Origin: Hypanus sabinus
Taxonomy: Eukaryota
Assembly: GCF_030144855.1 (NCBI RefSeq)
Contig: NC_082723.1
Span: 57,288,001-57,352,000, forward strand
Direction: 5' to 3'
Length of the DNA stretch: 64,000 nt
Below the pieces are notes generated by a model that ran no database searches, was not told the DNA's origin, and saw only the letters and a program-made list of their open reading frames with translations. Both the position numbers and the translations under genes were made by a program. Below, piece after piece: positions 27,451 through 39,960 of this stretch (position 1 is its first letter; each line of letters begins with the position of its first letter).

Positions 27451-28269
27451 TGGGACAACTTCTCTCCCACTTTGTCAAACCCGTGTTAATTTCCTCTGAA
27501 CTTCAACAGTTCCTCCGGAGTAGCTTGCAGGACTTATTTATTAACATGTTAAACGAATCATTAGCTAATACAGGAAAGTGGGGATGAGGTAAAAAAAAGA
27601 TCTTATTTTACACTGAAGTAGGAAGGTTGGACGGATGATCATTTCCGTTTTTGTTGTTACCTTATTATTCCTCTCCTTTACCACTTGTGTTTCTATCTTT
27701 ATCTGCAAGTAAATGTCATCATTTATGTATGGTAGGCTGTATCATAGCCAAAGCCATTCTTAATTGCAGTGAAGAAGTTCATGGATTCCTCAGCATTTAA
27801 TCCAGCAGTGGAAGGGTGCTATGTAAATAAGGTAAAACACCGTCCATACTGGAAATCTGGTGTAAAACAGTATACGCGTTGACAGAAATATAATTAGTGT
27901 TTTGTTTTAGTAAGGTAGAACTGGCATGTGCCCTCATAATCATTCGAAAATATACGCATAGAAATGCCTATGTCCTCAATAGCACTGAACAAGTTAATAC
28001 TTCTCCAAAATCCAGGAAAGATAGCACCCTCTGAATGCCCGCCCTGCCACTAATCTGAAGCGCTCATCGCTCCCTGAATTCACTTTTGCACACCACTTTC
28101 AACCACGCCTCATCCTCCGACTTGATCACAGACCTGCTGGCCTGTGTGGGTTTTAGCTGCAGATGCTGGAAATCTGGAAATGCCCTCAACACTCAGCAGG
28201 TCAGGCAGCGTCTGTGGGAAGAGAAAGGACATTATTATTTCTGGTCGGAGACAGCTCCTCAGTGACGGT

Positions 28270-28715
28270 GAGGTGCCGAACAGGTTTACCAGGATGCTGG
28301 CTGGATGAGAGGGCATGTAAGGAGAGGTCGGACAAAGTTGGTCTGTTTTCTTTAGAATGCTGGAGTCTGAAGGGAGATCTGGTAGAAGTTTATAAGAAGC
28401 ATAGTCAGAGTAGACAGCTGGTATATTTTTACCCAGGGATGAAATGTCTAATACCAGAGAGCCTGGAGAAGGGTGGGAGGGAGTAGGTTCGAAGGAGATG
28501 TGGGGTTTTTTTTTACATTTAGAGTCTGGGATTGCACTGCCGGGGGTTTGTTGGAACCATTCAAGCGGCTCTTGGATAGGGTCATAAAAGTGCAGAAAAT
28601 GGAAGGATATGGACCTTGTGTTGGCTGAAGGGACTTGTTTATCTGGACAGTTACTTTTAATTTAATTAGCCCGTTAAAGAGCCCGAAAGGCCCGTTCCTG
28701 TGCAGTTCTGTTCTA
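28270..28715 (+). mobile_element. CR1 3' fragment
   Basis: DKVGLFSLECWSLKGDLVEVYK; tail gggcccgttcctgtgcagttctgttcta. Confidence 0.75.
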
Positions 28716-29262
28716 ATTTCATTATTACTATTGTGGTGTCGACCTGATAACGTCCAGCTTTAAACTGCTAGAGCTGGCATGAACTTATCCCGTTTAGTAC
28801 AGTGTGCCGCACAATACAAGGTTGAGTATTTTTGTGCAAAGGTAGGACTTGTTTTCCGCAGGAATTGTGTGATGGTCACTCATACCAACACTGGCTTGGT
28901 CAGATTCTTCTACAACAGCAGATTGTTTAGGATGAGGTCGTAGCTTCACCCCTTGTGTGGTTGTCTCTCTGCCTGCCACACGTTTAGTCCAGCCGCTAGG
29001 TCTTTCTGCTACTGAGGCAACCTCGGATAATGAAATTCCGCCCCCCCCCCACCCAAGCAAATTACATTCTGTACATTCCTAGAACTCCCTGCATCATTGT
29101 TCTTCCTGGTAGAAAGCAAACGACAATTAGTGCTTCAACAATGGGAGGTTTCAAACGTATGGCGAAACACTCCCAGAAAGCACTTCCCCTGCCATTGAGT
29201 CATCTCATCGGTGGGTCTACGCTGCTAGAGGCAAATACATCAAAGGCTTCTACATAGTCCAT

Positions 29263-29362
29263 GTCCTGCTGAAGGGTCTCAGCCCAAAACGCCAACCGTT
29301 TACTCTATTCCGCAGATGCTGCCCGGCCTGCTGAGTTCCTCCAGCGTTTTCGTGTGTGTTTC
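29263..29362 (+). repeat. Penelope terminal repeat with degenerate hammerhead motif
   Basis: gtcCTGCTGAagggtctcagcccAAAAcgcc..cagatgctgcccggcctgctgagttcctccagc. Confidence 0.75.
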
Positions 29363-30944
29363 AAAGGCTATTAAGAGACATTTAATTGGCACATGGATGT
29401 AAGGAAGATGGAGGGACTCCATTGTTTAGGTAGGAGGGATTAGTGTTTGGGTATTTTTGATTTGCTTTTTAGCTGGTCCAGTACAATATTGCGGGCCGAA
29501 TAGCCTGTTTTTGTTCTGTGTTCAATGTACGGAGAGGGATATTGAACTACCTCTTCAGGTGAATAACCTTTCAGAACCCCGATTAAAGATCATGGACCTG
29601 AGGTTTCTCTCGACACAGAAGCTGCCTGACCTGCTGAACAGTCCCAGCTTTCTCTCTCCTCACTGTGATCCAAGACTTTCATGTTGGCTGGAGAGTCTAA
29701 CGCTGTCTGTACAACCTCGCAAGAATGATACTGAAAATTCATCAAGTGCGGGTGCTGAAAATCTGAAATTTAAAAAAAAGAGGAAGTGGTGGAAATATTT
29801 CACACTGCCGGAAGTATTTGTGGAGAAAATAAAGCGGAGTTAAGGTTCTAGTGAAAAATTCTTCAAAGGCGTTAGCAAAATGGGAAATCAAGTTGGCGTG
29901 TGGGCGGGGGATGTTCGGACAAAGGGTTCATCTCCAAAATGGTGTCGCCAGGACTGCTGAGGTGATTCGGACGAAGATTCTCCACCTGAGACTCGGCTCT
30001 ATTTGCCTTCCCACGGGTACAACCTTACCCTGTCGCGTACTTCCAACATTCTTTGTTTTTGTTTTGGAGTTGCAGCTGTGCTGGGGGTTTTCGCTCAGTG
30101 AGCTGGCCCCACTCTTCACAGAGCCGTCGCGGGGCTTTATTACAAATCCGGAGGTACACCAGTAATGTGATGTGCTTCCAGCGTTTTGTTTTCTGTTTCA
30201 GAGTGTCGCCCGAGGAACAGCTCTCCAAACGTTCCCGGGAAAGACCTGGGTTGAGTGCATGGAGTGTGGCCGGGGAGCCGTACGGTACGTCATCAATGAC
30301 GTAGGGTGCCCTCGGGAGGGGCAGTTGAGAGACGATCAGTCACGATACACAAGTCAAAGCTGGTTTTGTTTAAATTTTGAGGTGACACGATGTGGCTGAC
30401 CGATCTGCAGCTACAGCAGTTAAGTGCCAGTCACACAGCTGTGGGTCTGAAATCATGTCTGTATACAGACTGGATAATTATAGCATATTTCCTTCCCCAA
30501 ATGATGTCAGTGAAATAGACTAGTTCCAAGTCATTGTCTCCAATACTGACGCAGCCCTTTCTTTAACACAAGCCCAACTGCCGTGCAGGATTCAGACCCT
30601 TAATCTCTACTGTAGATTACTGATTTACCAATCCAGTAGCATGGTCAATACTCTACAATTGTTGTAGATCTCCCTGCACATCCCCTCTTCATCTCTCATC
30701 AGCTCACCGTCCCTGAGATGTACTAAACAGCTTTTGCGGTTCTGCTTCTGATGGTCTTCCCTCCTCAGCCCCACTCCAGTGCCTGCACCAGCTCCTTGCC
30801 TGCTCATCTCTCGCTCCAGGTCAACAGAGCAAGCCTGGCAAAGGAGGACTGAAGGCAGCCACAGCAGCCCAGCGGGAAGGGGCCTAAAGGGACACTGGAT
30901 GCCAGAAACTATGACAAGCTTTTGTCTCTCCACCTTCACTCTTC

Positions 30945-31830
30945 CAAAGATTCAAAGTACATTTATTGTCAAAGTATGTATGCAGAATCCAACCCTGAGA
31001 TTCATCTTCCCACAGACAGCCACGAAACAAAGAAAACAATGGAACCCGTTCAAAGATCAATGCTCTCTCACACAAAAAAAACCTATCACGCAAACAGCAA
31101 CCAAAAAAAAATGACAAACGAAAAATACAGAATGTGGAACACAAGCGTCCTGGCACATTCAGTTCAGCTCAGTGTTTGTCATGAAGACACAGGCTGCCTC
31201 GGTTCAAAGTCGTCCAAAATAGCAACCAAAAAAAAAGAGTGACCAGGAACCAGAAACACAACATAACATGAACTACAGAGCCCAATCCACTGACCATGTC
31301 AATGAAACCCTGCCCAAGACCCCAGACTCCAGCACTATTGAGGGAGAGAGAGACTATTCGAACACAGGGACTTTCCTTTGGGAGAAAGACAGGGACCGTC
31401 ACACATACCTTCCTCTGGCAGCAGTGAGCGAGAGACTGACACACAGCGCTGAACACCGGCTTGCCCTCCGCACTTTTCAATATTCCTTGGAGCTTTAATT
31501 GTTGAGGTTGTAAAGAAATGGAGTCAATCATGGGCTCACTACTATCTCCAGGCTTCTCGGAGCTTTAATCATGGAGGTCGTAGAGAAATGGAGTCGATCA
31601 CTACCGTCTCCAGGCTTCTCAATCTCAAGGCCACACACTTCACTCAAAGCCTTACGGAACAGCAAAGTGCCAGATCACTCAATCGCCCCAATAACACATC
31701 ACCAAAATGCCGATCACAGACTCCAACAATAAAAGGACCACATTTGAAAGAAAAAGACAACAATAGGAAATTATAAAGATTTGTCTTTCAGGCTCTGGAG
31801 AAAATGCTCTGTGCATGGCCATATCTATCT
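30945..31830 (-). repeat. Non-coding non-LTR repeat with an internal duplication
   Basis: Related to 2285-2770; duplicated gaaatggagtc.atca..ctccaggcttctc units at about 31514 and 31585. Confidence 0.5.
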
Positions 31831-32069
31831 TATTGATGCAATGATTAACTGCTAGACTGCAAAAGGGCTTGATGGATTCCCACAACTCTGGAACAGCCAT
31901 CAATAATCACAGTCACAAGTAACAGTAGTTTGTCAATATAGAATTCAGAGCCATAGTGTAGACTGGTGTGGACTTCTACACACCAGGGCTGTGTACAGTA
32001 GGAACTGTACACTGCAACTCAATTTGAGGGATGAATGCTATTCCTTATCCAAAATAAAAACAAAATAAA

Positions 32070-32250
32070 AAGGCTAGAAAAGCACAACAGGTCAGGTAGT
32101 CTCTGTGTTATATCTGAGACTCTTCATCAAAACTGAACTTTGATGAAGTGTCTCGGACTTCAATTATTAACTGTTTCTCTTTTCATGGATGCTGACTGAC
32201 CTGCTGAGGTTTTCCAGTATTTTCGGTTTTTAATTCAGATTTCCAGGATT
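32070..32250. repeat. Old inverted pair of Penelope terminal repeats
   Basis: tctgagactcttcatcaaa / tttgatgaagtgtctcgga hairpin, flanked by caggtcagg and ctgacctgctgag. Confidence 0.6.
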
Positions 32251-34327
32251 TTTCTTTTTCTTTTGATTTTCATTTCTTACCCAAAGGCTTGCCCTGGGAC
32301 ATCAGACGGAAACCAGCAGTTACAAAGTGTGCCTTGCAAGAAGTGTTACCTGCCTTACACAGAAACTGCCATTTAGTCTTCGGGTAACCGAGGTCTGTGG
32401 CTCTGAAACTCTACACACAAACGCAGAGATCAGCCCCTGTCTGGTATACTCGCTCTGCCATTCGAGAAACGTTAGCAGCAAAAAGAGGTGTACTACGAGA
32501 TGTTTGATCACAGAGGCAAGTGTAAAGAAGTAATATACATGGGGAAAGAGAGTGAGAGGGAGAAAGAGATTCAGGGAGCACATTCTATGAATCAGAGTTT
32601 TGTCAACTTAAGGTAAATCTGCCAGCGATGGAATTGGTGTATTATTATCACATGTACTAAGATACAGTGAAAAGCTGTTCGTACAGATCAAATCAATACA
32701 TTGTGTATTGAGTAGAACAAAGAGAAACAGAACGTGGTCATACTCGAGTTAGGGTCACTGCCGGAGACAGAGTGAGCAATTTGGAGAGGAACTGTTGCAG
32801 AAGAGTTTGGATGCCCATCCACTTAACCCGGGCGTGAGGCTGGATTGCTCCAAGCGCCGAGCCAATTTGGTGAGGACGAGAACAGTGGCCAGGTGTGTTG
32901 TTGCTGTTGGATTCGGGTCCTGGAACGTGGAACTACCCAGAGCATTGGCCCAAGTAGACTGGAAGCCCAAGGGTCGGGTACAGAGGCGAAGGTAATGCTG
33001 ATTTTGCTCGCTCTCCAATGAATGTTCATTTATTTCTCCGTGGCGCTGAGGCTGTGAACTGATCCGGCTGCTGTGCATTTCTGCCCTGCTGGTGTGATGA
33101 CTAGGGATTGAGGCTTGGTCTGCACCTACTCCAGCTGCTCTGGGAGTGAATTTGGGACTCAGTCTGGTTCAGGATGCTGTTGGCTTGCTTCTACTGTTTG
33201 CAGAGTGTGTTTTTTCCCTCTCTTTCTCTGCACAGTAGTTTTTGATCTTTTGTTATTGGGTTATTCAGGTCTCTTGCTTTGTGGCTGCCAGTTAGCAGAC
33301 AAATTTCAAGGTGTGTAATTTATACATTCTGTGATAATAAATATGCTTTAAATCTTAAATGTTGAATCTTTGAATTACGATGCAAAATAAAGAGCTCTGT
33401 AGCATTTCACAGCCAGTGACTTGTTAGTCAGTGGTCAGAGTCTGCGGCAAGGACTGAAGGCAGTAACTTGATACTAAACTGTATGAACTGTTCTTCCACT
33501 TTCACAGAGAGCTGGCAAAAGCTGGAACTACCTCAGTCTCCAAAAGAATTCAACATGAAGCCTGAAGTGGAAGTCTCCAAAGGAGAAGGGAAACAGTCTG
33601 TGTTCTTTTGTATAAGCTCCCTGCATTCTTAAAATGTCATGAACTGTTTCACAACCAAAGAACCACAGCTGATGTGAGATTACAGTTGATGTGTAGCTGG
33701 ACACAGTTGCAATAAGACGCATTTTATGTTGGAGGGCTGCAATTGACCAAAGAACTTGTTGTTTTGTTCTCAGCTGGGGACATGGGACTTTTTACATCAT
33801 TTGTACAGCAGACACATAACTGTCTACATCTACAGTAGATAGTTTCCTGGCCAAAAATAAAAACCATTTGTTGGTACATCCTTCAGTTTGGTGGCAGAGT
33901 CAGTCTGATGGTGCGTTTGGGTCTAAAAGAGGGCTTAAGCCTTGGGGTAAGAAATGAGGTGGCCCTTAGAGCAAAGACATTGCATAATAGAAGTGGGAAG
34001 TCTTGCTGTTTGTATACAATTACACTGAGCATTGGTGCTATCAAACCTGTATACAGCTTTCGTCTTGTTATTTAAAGCAGGAACTAGTTGCATTGGAGCT
34101 GTTCTGAGAAGGCTCACAAGAATCAGTCCTCAAATGAAGGGAGTTTGCTCCACAACAGGATGAGTAGGCTGAACACTCGCTCGACTTTAAAGAATGAGAG
34201 GTGATCTTCTTCCGATAAGTCTCGACAAAGCAGGTGCTGAGGGATAGACAAACCAAAATTACAGATGCTAGAAACCTAAAAATTCTGGAGACCTTCAACA
34301 GGTCAGGCTGCATCCCTGAAATGAGAA

Positions 34328-35033
34328 ATGAGGTACATCAATAGAGCTGTAGTGGAGCGTGTATCAAGCTTCAAATTCCTTGGTGTCCACATTTCCGAGG
34401 ATCTCACCTGGTCCCTGAACTCCTCCATACTGATCAAAAAGACGCAACGGCACCTTTACTTCCTGCGGAGCATCAAGAAAGCTCACCTCTGTCCCGGGAT
34501 ACTGACGGACTTTTACCGCTGTACCATTGAGAGCATACTCACCAACTGCATCTCAGTGTGGTATGGCAATTGTCCCATATCGGACCACAAAGCACTCCAG
34601 CGTGTGGTGAAAGCTGCCCAGCAGATTGTCGGCACCCAATTGTCCACCAGAGAACATCTACCATAAACGCTGCCTGAGCAGGGCGAAGAGCATTATCAAG
34701 GATGCATTTCACCTTAATCATGGACTTTTTACTCTCCTCCCATCCGGTAGGCACTACAGGAGCCTCCACTCCCGCACCAGCAGGCACAGGAAGAGCTTCT
34801 TCCCTGAGGCTGTGACCCTGCTGAACCTCACATCTCAGCGCTAAGCAGTACTGCACCCATATTGAACTGTCTCAGTACTTTTATATTTGTGTGCTGTAAC
34901 ACTCACTTTTTATTCGCAGTTATTTTGTAAGTAACACTGTTCTTTGCATATTCTTTGCTAATTGCATTTCATTTGGCTTTGTATCTGTACTCAGCGCAAT
35001 GACAATAAAGTTGAATCTAATCTAATCTAATCT
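34328..35033 (+). mobile_element. Rex1/Babar-like LINE 3' end
   Basis: VERVSSFKFLGVHISEDLTW, FYRCTIESILTNCISVWYG and LLPSGRHYRS; AATAAA followed by an (aatct)n tail. Confidence 0.9.
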
Positions 35034-36203
35034 ATGACCTGCTGAGTGTTTCCAAAATTGTCCGCAGATCCTGAGAGGATGTTTCCCTTGTGGTAGAAGC
35101 GGGACGATAGTTTCAAAATAAATTCTCATCCATTTAAAATGGTGTCAAGGAGGAATTTCTCTCAAAGGGTCATGGATCTCTGGAATTATCTACCCTAGAA
35201 TCATAAAAGCTGAATTGCTCAATATATTCAAAACAGATCTAGTCTGATTTTTGGACCATTGTGGGGTTGAGCCTAATGAGGATTAAGCAGAAACGTGGCC
35301 ATCAGGTTCAACCAGACTAGCCATGATCTTTTTGTGTAACAGAGTGTGCTTGAGGAACACATAACCTACTCCTGCTATTATTATCCTACTATTAAGTAGT
35401 AACATATCCAAAGTTTTCTGGTATCTTAGCAGTGCTGGAAACTATCCACCCCCTTTTCTATTCTTGAGATATTACCAATTCTATTCAGGTAAACAAAAGA
35501 TGTTATTGTAACATACACACACACATTGGAATGCAGAAAGCTCTTGAACTGCATGTTCCACACCTTAATTCATGCCACTGACATCTGCATCCCACACCCT
35601 TCATGGTATTTACTAAAACTTGTTTCCATAACATGCAAACAGACATTTTTATTTAAGCTTGGTTTGATAAACAGATGAACAGCAGAACATTTAAATAGGG
35701 ACTTTAATTATTAACCACAATACTAAAAAGAGCAACTTAAGCAGACACACATTGATTTATAAGTAGTTTCTATGGTCTGTGATGGGTGTGACTGGGTACA
35801 TGAATGTGTGTGTTAGTGAGACAAGTATGGTGAAAAATAGACACACACACAGACATTTGCAGGCACAATACATTAAACAAGTACTGAATGCAGGGAGTAC
35901 AGTAAAGGCAAAGGCTCACAGAAACATGCTGTGCTTCTCAAGTTTATCACACAACATGCTTTGCTTGCCAAGGTTCCACAATGAGAGGAATCTGTTGTTC
36001 TGCAGGTTAGAGTGGCAGAGGAGTTTGGACATAGCAGGAGTGTGAAAATGTCAGTGGAAATCATTTACTCCTTTAGTTATAACACTGCATCCGCAACATT
36101 CACAGAAACCGTGACACACTTGCACTCGTACTTGAGGAGTGGGCATCATTAGCGCAGCAGGCAAATCTCGCCAGTGTCCAGGGCAAACACAGGTCAGAGC
36201 TGT

Positions 36204-36243
36204 CCAGTCCTGAAGAGGAGTCTCGGCTCAAAACGTCAACTGG
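36204..36243 (+). ncRNA. Minimal hammerhead-ribozyme-like motif (best-preserved copy; G12 mutated)
   Basis: CCAGTC-CTGAAGA-G-GAGT-CTCG-GCTC-AAAA-CGTC-AACTGG: stem I CCAGT/ACTGG, intact CUGANGA, stem II, palindromic ACGT and a GTC cleavage triplet. The Penelope repeat continues to about 36307. Confidence 0.6.
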
Positions 36244-37734
36244 TTATTAATTTCCATAGATGCTACCTGACCTGCTGAGTTTCCAGCATTTTGTGTGTGT
36301 TGCTCTGACAAGCCGCCTTGACCAAACAACAATAGCAGTTTTCCTTTCTTAGCTCGTCCCTAAGGAGGAATTATTTACATTTTAATTCAATCTTAAGGGT
36401 TTGGAGTTTCAAGATCTTGGGAATGAACCTCCAATAAACTGCTAGCCAGGAGAATACACATCACAGTAGTCTCTGTTTTATTATTTCGTACATTATCATT
36501 GCACAGTACTGCAATCGGTAAATTATTATTGTATATTATTCTGTACTTAATATTAATTCATATTTATCACTATTATTGCCAAGTGTGTTTTTAAATGTTG
36601 CTACTGTAACAAAATAATTTCCCACTCGGGATCAATAAAATACTTAGTATTAAGTCCTCACCCACCCTGGACGTTCTCACTTTTCCCTGTCCCATTGCGC
36701 TAAAACTACAAAAGTCTGAAAGCAAGTTCAGCTTCTATCCTGCTGTTATGGAACTATTGAACAATCAATTTACTAATCTTCATCGCAACAGTTTTTGATA
36801 CAAGTTTTCCAAAATGCTTATTTAGAACTTGAATATACCGTCCAATCCATTAACAGAACTGTTTCTCTACTATAGTTTGAAAACTTGGCTGACAGTCACT
36901 GAAAATCTTACTCTGCTTATTGGAGTAAAGGTTTAAAGTGCAGATGAACATAGACTAAATGAATGGTGAGTGTCCTACCCCTGACCTTTGCAAGGTGCTC
37001 TTTCATCCTGCGTCAATGGCACTGCCCGAGAAACAGCGAATACTGAGAACATGCAACATTCCAATTCAGTTTCGTGGTGTGCAGTGATGTACTTTAGTTA
37101 ATGCATTGGGTGTGACTCTTCCTTCCCAGTTTTCTGCAAATGGATTACACCCAAAATGTTAATCCTGCTTTGCCTTTCAGCTTCTGGTCATATTGTTCAA
37201 CATTTCTAAAACTTTCTGAAAACTTAAAAGGAAAACCTTTAAATATTAATGATTCTTCAGTTACAGACTTACAACCTGAAAATGGTCAATGTGTCCTGAA
37301 TATGTTTTCTGTCTGTTAGTACTCCCATTCTGTTACTTCAATGCCACAAGCTCTTACTAGGTACAGTAACTTTTAATGTGGCACCTTATTAGAAAATCAG
37401 ATGCACCAAAGTCTCATTTATCCATCTCGTCCATTATATTCTTAAAGGACTCTAAGACAATTATCAAACATTAGTTTTCTTTCGTAAAATCATGTTGGAT
37501 CTACTTATGGACTTTTCAAATATCCTGCTGCCAAAATTATACTTTTCTGATGACAGATAGCTGGTCTATAGTTTCCTGGTTTCTCTCTACCACCTTTCCT
37601 GAATTATATTTATTTTCCAATCTGCTGGAATCTCTCCAACGTTCAATAGATTTTGGAAAATTGAATCAGGTTTAATATCACAGACATAAGTCATAAAATT
37701 TGTTGTTCTGCGGCAGCAGTACAGTGCAATAGTC

Positions 37735-38177
37735 CAGGGGTTATTGATAAGTTCATGGCCTAAGGTAGGAGGAGTCAATTTTAGAAAACCTAGCACATTT
37801 TTCAATATAGTCCCCTCCTACACGTGCACACTTAGTCGAGCGGTCGTGGAGCATATGGATCCCTTCTTTGTAGAAGTCGTCCACAGCAGGGGTGATTGAT
37901 AAGTTCATGGCCTAAGGTAGAAGGAGATGAGTTACTAACTTCAAACTTTCTGCGTTATCACTCAAAGAGTTGAACTGCACGTGCATGTAATGAGAGCGTC
38001 TTGGACCTCCAGGACTGATCACAGCAGTGGTGATTGATAAGTTCGTGGCCTATAGATGGGTTATACAGCTCTCCTTACGTGCATGTGCAGTTCAACTCTG
38101 AGTGAAAATGCAGAAAGTTTGAAGCTAATAACTCATCTCCTTCTACCTTAAGCCACAAACTCATCAATCACCCCTCG
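37735..38177. mobile_element. Mariner-like MITE with reiterated terminal sequences
   Basis: GGGGT(T/G)ATTGATAAGTTC(A/G)TGGCCTA-like copies at about 37737, 37889 and 38027. An inverted copy ends CAATCACCCCTCG|TA at 38177. Confidence 0.8.
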
Positions 38178-38199
38178 TATAATGGGCTATAGACTAGAG

Positions 38200-38445
38200 T
38201 AGTGGTAAATACAATACTTTACAGTACAAGCAAACCATGATCAATTCCCATCGCTACCTGTAAGGTGTTTGTACATTTTCCCCGTGACCACATGGGTTTC
38301 CTCCAAGTGCTCCAGTTTCCCCCAACATTCCAAAGATTATTGTAACTTGTCCCATGATTAAGCTAGGATTAAATTGAAAGGTTGCTGGGTGGTGTGACTC
38401 AAAAGACCAGAAGGGCCAGTTCCACACTGTACCCCGATAAATAAT
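38200..38445 (+). mobile_element. V-SINE copy
   Basis: ttccccgtgaccacatgggtttcctccaagtgctccagtttcc V-domain. Confidence 0.75.
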
Positions 38446-38999
38446 TAAAACTGTAAATTACTGTGTCAAGTCAAGTCACTTTTATTGTCATTTCGACCAT
38501 AACTGTTGGTACAGTACATAGTAAAAATGAGACATTTTTCAGGATCATGGTGCTACATGACACAGTACAAAAACTAGACTGAACTACGTCAAAAAAAAAA
38601 CAGAGAAATCTACAGACCTACAGACTGCAGACCTACACAGGACTACATAAAGTGCACAAAAACAGTGCAGGCATTACAATAAATAATAAACAGGACAATA
38701 GGGCAAGGTGTCAGTCCAGGCTTCGGGTATTGAGGAGTCTGATAGCTTGGGGGAAGCCAAGGAATGTAGGCCCGTTCCCCTCAGCAAGCCAAGGTCGCGT
38801 AATTCAGCCAGATCTTTATGGAGCTTTGTTTTTGGGTGATATCTGTATTGTAGTAGTATCTGGCAATGGTAGATAGTCGCTCTGTTATCCATGTGTCCTA
38901 ATCGAAAATTGTATATCAAACTTAGAATAGAAAATTAAAGTAACACCAGGTCTGAAAGGCCACTGCTGCCGTGTCTCACCGCCTCATGGGAACATATAG

Positions 39000-39330
39000 T
39001 TTTTAAAAGTTGTATTCAGTAAGTAGTGCAAAAAGAGTGGAACAAGTAGTAGTGAGGTAGTGTCCATGGGTTCAATAGTCATTCAGAAATCTAAAGGCTG
39101 AGGGGAAGGAGCTGTTCCTGAATCGTTGAGTGTGTGCCTTCAGGCTCCTGCACCTCCTCCCTGATGGTAACAATGAGAAGGGGGCATGTCCTGGGTGATG
39201 CAAGTCCTTAATGATGCATTCTGTCTTTTGAAGCACCTCTCCTTGAAGATGTCCTGGACGGGGGGAGGCTCGTACCCATGATGAATCTGAGTTTACAAAT
39301 TTCTTCAGCTTATTTTGAACCTGTGCAATG
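39000..39330 (-). mobile_element. Rex1-like LINE 3' fragment
   Basis: IIKDLHHPGHAPFSLLPSGRRCRSLKAHTQRFRNS on the minus strand. Confidence 0.8.
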
Positions 39331-39489
39331 CCACCCTTCTCCCCACCCCCCACGTATTAGATGATGATGCAGTTTCTCATCATGTCTAATCTCCCTGTTA
39401 CGTCTGCACCCTAGGATGTGGGCCCTCAAGTCTAGGTCAGTCTGTGGTTACAGTGGTCTGTCTAGTAACACAGTAAAAAATGATTACAA

Positions 39490-39960
39490 TGTGCTGCCGC
39501 CTACAGTTACTTCCTTGTATGTGCAGGTGCAATTAAAAAAAACTTACTTATGATATGCATCATAGGCAAAATTGCATCAGATAAGCAGCATTCAAGAGAA
39601 AATAACTAAAACACAAACTATACACAAATTTTACAAGAAATAACACAAGTAGAACTTAACTATCCGCTGTAGTGCAAAATGACCTAAGTGGTCATAGTGT
39701 TGCTATACTGAGGATAGTGATTAGAGTTGTGCAGGTTGATTCAAGAACTGTGGTTGGCTTCTGTACCTCCTGCCTGATGGTAGCTGCAAGGAGATGGCAT
39801 GGCCTGGATTATGGAGATCTTTGGTGATGATGTTTCCTTCTCAAGGCAGATGCTGCCAATGTTGGAGAGGAATGTGTCCATGATATATTGGACTGAATCC
39901 ACTATTCTCTTCAGCTTCTTGTGTTCCTGTGGATTCAACTTATATAGCGCCATGCCTTCA
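39490..39960 (-). mobile_element. Rex1-like LINE 3' fragment
   Basis: QEHKKLKRIVDSVQYIMDT plus a degenerate 3'UTR. Confidence 0.65.

Noticed and set aside
24777-27470. 897-aa ORF as a complete single-exon protein
   Set aside because: It starts at a non-ATG codon upstream of the conserved N-terminus and reads through the splice donor at 24821. The taperin KISF C-terminal region is missing.
37735-38060. CRISPR-like repeat-spacer pattern
   Set aside because: Eukaryotic DNA. The repeats are mariner termini with irregular spacing and an inverted partner, and there are no cas genes.
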